NCBI GenBank assembly: GCA_039802265.1
Contig: JBDRWI010000014.1
Span: 1 to 40,459, forward strand
Direction of reading: 5' to 3'
DNA: 40,459 nucleotides
DNA from: a candidate division WOR-3 bacterium
GTDB lineage: Bacteria; Hydrothermota; Tepidihabitantia; SM23-42; JAOAFX01
Shown here: one piece after another, positions 36,455 through 40,459 of the stretch
How positions within the stretch are numbered: position 1 is the stretch's first letter
Layout of the letters: each line of letters starts with the position of its first letter
Notes under the pieces: model-generated
What the model was told of the DNA's origin: nothing
What the model saw: the letters and a program-made list of their open reading frames with translations, nothing else
Database searches by the model: none
Program-made: the position numbers and the translations under genes

Positions 36455-38713
36455 TTATTTAATGTTTTCTTCTTTTTTATTAAATCCCTTCTTTTCAATC
36501 CCTGTTGATTTTAAGACCCTTGCCCTTTTTACTACCTGCATCTTTTGGCTTACGGGTCTCTTTTCAAGGATATCAGCCTTTGATATTGAAACTTCCTTTG
36601 GACTCTCTGCAGTTAGCATAATTGGACCTTTTTCTTCAAGGAGCCTCTTTTCACGGTATTTTGCCGGAATCTCCGGGTCATTCGGGTCAGGATAGAGATG
36701 GGGGTCGGTATATTCTCCCTCTGCCAAATCAAGTCTTCTATTTTCAACCCCTTTTCTCTTTGCAACAATTCTATAATCAAATGTAGCATTGCTCTTGCCG
36801 TTATTGAGTTCAATCACATCAAAACCGGTTCTACCCTTCTTCACATAGACTCCATTACACTCATCAGTAAGTGTAATATAGACCTTCATGGGATTATTAT
36901 TATCTATTGTTACCGTCTCAAGGAATAATGGGTCTAACTCAATATGTGTCCTGCCGTTGTTCAATTGCCCACTGCCAAAGTCTTCAAACCAGACTTCTGG
37001 TGATTCAATTGTATATAATACCCTCGGTCCTCTTGAAGTCCTTACAACCGCATTCTTTGTCCCTGAACATCCCATATCACCAACTGCATAAACACCCCAT
37101 TGAGTGGTATTATTAGGATAGGGGTCAACTCCATAGACTCCAGCACCACTTTGTGTAGATGCGACATTTACACTACCATACACACCTCTGTAGCCACCAT
37201 AAAAATACCCACCATATCCATACCATTGGGTAACATAACCATTCCCGTAAACTGCATAGGCATCGGTAGAGGCAGGAGTAAAAGTGCCATAAACACCAAC
37301 ACCAGCCCCGCTTGTATGTTGACCAAAAACACCCGCCCCTGATGTATTGTTGCTCACTCCCTGCACTCCACTATAAGTTCCACCCAGCATTCCCCACCTT
37401 TCGGCACTTGCATCATTATATCCTACTACACCCATGCCATTGGTTGTTCCAGGTATTCCGAATACACCATAATTGCCATTTCCCACTACACCCGAACCAG
37501 CGACATAATTATAACTTGAAATATTATTCCCAACGCCAACTACCCCCAGGCCATTTGTAGCATTGCTCCTTCCATAAACACCGGACTGCCCGGCAGTTGC
37601 CGAATCGGTAGTCCCATAGACGCCATATCCCCGTCCCGCATTGCCAATTACGCCGGCACCTAATGATGGTCTCATCCTTGAACCAAGATTATTCCCAACC
37701 CCCCAGACACCAACGCCAATATCTTTCTGCGCACCCCAGGCAACAAGACCGGTGGTATCACCATTGAATAGACCACCTGCACCTTCGCCGGGATACCAGT
37801 AACCACCGAGTCCATTACCAATGCCATTTACACCAATACCTCGTGAATTTGTATGATAGCCATTAACCCCATAGCCATTTATGTCTCCGGTCTGTCCATA
37901 AGCGCCATCCGCCATGGAACCCAATGCACCATAGGCACCACTCATATAATTGTAGCCTCCGGTTGCATCACTTGTGCCACTATTTGTTCCACCATAGGCA
38001 CCTATTCCTGATGTATTATATCCGAATGTCCCCGCATAATCAACCCCGCCTGAATAGCCATAGACCGCATTGGCATTGGGATTGTAGCCAAATACTGCAA
38101 AGCCATCGGCATCGCTTATAAAATAGCCGCCAATATAACCACCCTCACCTTTTACACCAATACCCCAGTAATTGCTGGGCCAGCACCTTCCATATACACC
38201 AATCCCATCTGCATTTGACGCACCTGTAATCCTTGAAATCAAACCGGTATCGCCGGCAGTTGCATTTTCTACCTTGCCTTTGCTCCCTGTTCCGCCAATC
38301 CAGAATTTGGCATCAGTCTGTGGAGCGGTATACTGATTCTGAATGAATTCACCACCGGAACCGATATCTGCTGCCCAGTAGATATCAGCACCCGTGGACT
38401 TGAGTACATACCCTGAAGAGCCATAACTTACACCATCGTGAATTCCACCGGTTATTCTTATACTACCAGCAACATCAAGTTTGTATGGACCCGGTGTGGT
38501 TGTACCTATGCCCACATTAATACCTGTGCTATACGGATAGAAGTTATTTCCTGACTCAATCCATCCCCTTGTTGCCTCAAGCCAGGCGCGATTTCCTTCT
38601 TTGCTTTCTACCGGTATATCTATCTTCCGATTCAATGAATCGGCCGCGGGTGCATATAATAGGCTTGAAAGAACACCACAAATGGTAAGTAATTTAATAA
38701 TATGATGATTCAT
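36455..38713 (-). CDS. Exported Gly-rich repetitive (GVYG) protein, probable beta-helical fibre or adhesin
   Basis: Signal-like N-terminus; NVGIGTTTP..KLDV.G; many G[V/A]YG repeats; C-terminal ESPEVWFEDFGSG domain. Confidence 0.7.
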   Translation of the reverse strand: MNHHIIKLLTICGVLSSLLYAPAADSLNRKIDIPVESKEGNRAWLEATRGWIESGNNFYPYSTGINVGIGTTTPGPYKLDVAGSIRITGGIHDGVSYGSSGYVLKSTGADIYWAADIGSGGEFIQNQYTAPQTDAKFWIGGTGSKGKVENATAGDTGLISRITGASNADGIGVYGRCWPSNYWGIGVKGEGGYIGGYFISDADGFAVFGYNPNANAVYGYSGGVDYAGTFGYNTSGIGAYGGTNSGTSDATGGYNYMSGAYGALGSMADGAYGQTGDINGYGVNGYHTNSRGIGVNGIGNGLGGYWYPGEGAGGLFNGDTTGLVAWGAQKDIGVGVWGVGNNLGSRMRPSLGAGVIGNAGRGYGVYGTTDSATAGQSGVYGRSNATNGLGVVGVGNNISSYNYVAGSGVVGNGNYGVFGIPGTTNGMGVVGYNDASAERWGMLGGTYSGVQGVSNNTSGAGVFGQHTSGAGVGVYGTFTPASTDAYAVYGNGYVTQWYGYGGYFYGGYRGVYGSVNVASTQSGAGVYGVDPYPNNTTQWGVYAVGDMGCSGTKNAVVRTSRGPRVLYTIESPEVWFEDFGSGQLNNGRTHIELDPLFLETVTIDNNNPMKVYITLTDECNGVYVKKGRTGFDVIELNNGKSNATFDYRIVAKRKGVENRRLDLAEGEYTDPHLYPDPNDPEIPAKYREKRLLEEKGPIMLTAESPKEVSISKADILEKRPVSQKMQVVKRARVLKSTGIEKKGFNKKEENIK

Positions 38714-38912
38714 AAAATCCTCCTATTTTCAGGTAATAATTTATTCAAAAATTACCGCATGTCAAGGTTGTTTTTTAACTTTCTTTTTGTCTTTCCCTTT
38801 AATGGGGCTTTCAGATATTGCGACTTTTGGTTGCAAAAAATAATGAGGGTCAGCGTATTTACCTGTTGACAGGGATTGATAATTGATTATAATCTCAAAT
38901 TAAGGGGGTTTT

Positions 38913-39095
38913 ATGCGGATTCTCAAATATGTTACCTTTATTATCAGCATAATTACTATGATTCTGGCAATAATTGCCCGATTGTTTTCTCCGAATAAGG
39001 TTCTCTTTGACCTTGCTGCCCTTACTTATCTACGACTTACAGCGGTAATGCTCCTGTATACAATTACCATACATTTTCTCTTTTCAAAGGAATAA
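38913..39095 (+). CDS. Small two-TM membrane protein
   Basis: ORF after a TTGACA-N16-TATAAT promoter (38866-38893) and a GGGGG RBS. Confidence 0.6.
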   Translation: MRILKYVTFIISIITMILAIIARLFSPNKVLFDLAALTYLRLTAVMLLYTITIHFLFSKE

Positions 39096-39110
39096 TTTGA
39101 AAGGGGTAAT

Positions 39111-39389
39111 ATGCTTTCACAGATGCCAATAGATATCAAAAAGGTAAAAAAAGAAGAAGTAGATAAAGAGATATTGCGTGTCGGTATGATTGCTGAACTT
39201 GATGCAATAAATCTTTACGAGCAACTGGCGAGTATGACTGAGGATGAGAAGATAAAGACTATTCTCCTTGATATTGCAAGAGAAGAGAAGACCCATCTTG
39301 GTGAGTTCCAGACATTACTTTTAAATATAGATAAAGAACAGGTAGAAGAACTCAAAAAGGGCAAAGAAGAGGTGGAGGAATTATCGTAG
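39111..39389 (+). CDS. Short ferritin-like protein (EncFtn/Flp type)
   Basis: AELDAINLYEQ and EEKTH.GEF motifs. Confidence 0.85.
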   Translation: MLSQMPIDIKKVKKEEVDKEILRVGMIAELDAINLYEQLASMTEDEKIKTILLDIAREEKTHLGEFQTLLLNIDKEQVEELKKGKEEVEELS

Positions 39390-39639
39390 TTCCCTAACAA
39401 TAATTCTTACCACCTAATGAGTTACCGACTGGGTTTAAAAGTCTTGAGTTTTATCTCCGGCAGATAGGAAAGGATGTAGATATAATTGAGGCACTACAGA
39501 ATTTCCGGAGTTAATGCTTATGAATTTTATTTTTAGTTAAAAAAATCCTTTCATCAATTTATCTTGAAAACTAAATAATATTCATTATAATTAAGAATGA
39601 CTGATCTTATTTTGACAATATCTTCAACAGGAATCAATT

Positions 39640-40459
39640 ATGGCTGAGATAAAAAGCGAACTCAGAAAAAGGATAAGAGATAGTCAGAGAGGTGAAATCA
39701 CCGAGCATTATATCTACAAGGAACTTGCAAATTTTGTAAAAGATGAAGGCTTTAAAAAAATACTTCTCAGGATTTCCGATGAGGAATTAAAACACTATCA
39801 ATTTTTTAAATCCTTTACAAAAGAAGAATCCAAAACTGACAAGTTTAAAGTCTTTTTTTATGTCTGGATATCAAGAATTTTTGGTTTAAATTTTGGACTG
39901 AAACTTATGGAAAAAGGCGAGGACCTCGCCCAGCAAACATATGATGAAATAAAAAAAGTCGCACCTGAAATAGATAATATAATCAAGGATGAGAACAGAC
40001 ACGAAAATGAATTAATAAGTTTAATAAAAGAGGAGCGTCTGAAATATGTAAGTTCAATCGTGCTTGGTTTGAATGATGCCCTAATAGAAATAAGTGGGGC
40101 ACTTGTGGGATTTTCTCTGGCACTTCAGAAAACACAGATTGTTGGAATTGTTGGCTTGATTACCGGTATCGCCGGTGCCCTTTCAATGGGTGCTTCTTCC
40201 TATTTGTCAGCCAAGGAAGAGACTTCGGAGAAGGTTCCAATGAAAGCAGGTTTATACACTGGCCTTGCTTATATCGGCACGATCGTAATTCTTGTTCTAC
40301 CGTATTTTCTGTTGAAAAATATCGTTGTGTGTTTGGGATTCACAATTATTACTGTATTCCTCCTCATATACATTTTTAATTACTATGTTGCAGTTGCCAA
40401 AGAATTGAAATTTAGAGATAGATTTCTTGAAATGGCAGGAATAAGCCTTGGTGTTGCGG
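39640..40459 (+). CDS. Rubrerythrin-domain plus VIT1/CCC1 iron transporter fusion; 3'-truncated and absent from the ORF track
   Basis: Hand translation: QRGEITEH..Y...DEELKH...DENRHE...IVLGLNDAL.E...ALSMGASSYLS. Confidence 0.88.
   Translation, partial: MAEIKSELRKRIRDSQRGEITEHYIYKELANFVKDEGFKKILLRISDEELKHYQFFKSFTKEESKTDKFKVFFYVWISRIFGLNFGLKLMEKGEDLAQQTYDEIKKVAPEIDNIIKDENRHENELISLIKEERLKYVSSIVLGLNDALIEISGALVGFSLALQKTQIVGIVGLITGIAGALSMGASSYLSAKEETSEKVPMKAGLYTGLAYIGTIVILVLPYFLLKNIVVCLGFTIITVFLLIYIFNYYVAVAKELKFRDRFLEMAGISLGVA

Overview
Bacterial genomic window. The gene content resembles candidate division WOR-3 or a related anaerobe; that placement is inference only. Layout: (1-7361) the 3' part of an Mrp/Mbh-type membrane antiporter-hydrogenase operon; (7665-13608) a tRNA(CAT), a RecJ-like DHH protein, MglA, a sigma54 activator with a likely target gene, and tsaD; (13809-22518, minus strand) a ribosomal spc-alpha cluster that begins at rpsH; then a LonC-like protease, leuS, holA, ispF, a rhomboid, an S8 peptidase, an NCS2 permease, a LigD phosphoesterase, an MBL hydrolase, a Gly-rich exported protein, and ferritin-like/VIT1 genes. 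The main observation is that six gene junctions of the Mrp/Mbh operon carry inserts. Three inserts encode divergent four-helix-bundle proteins (23S rRNA intervening-sequence-protein family). Each of those genes is enclosed by its own pair of periodic (7- or 10-nt) repeat arms that are reverse-complementary to each other. The other three inserts are gene-less arm or REP remnants. Every insert is bridged by open frames that overlap or abut the neighbouring stop and start codons, so translational coupling appears preserved. A second pattern is that all 12 recognisable sigma70 promoters have a 16-bp spacer, and four of them appear to give leaderless mRNAs.
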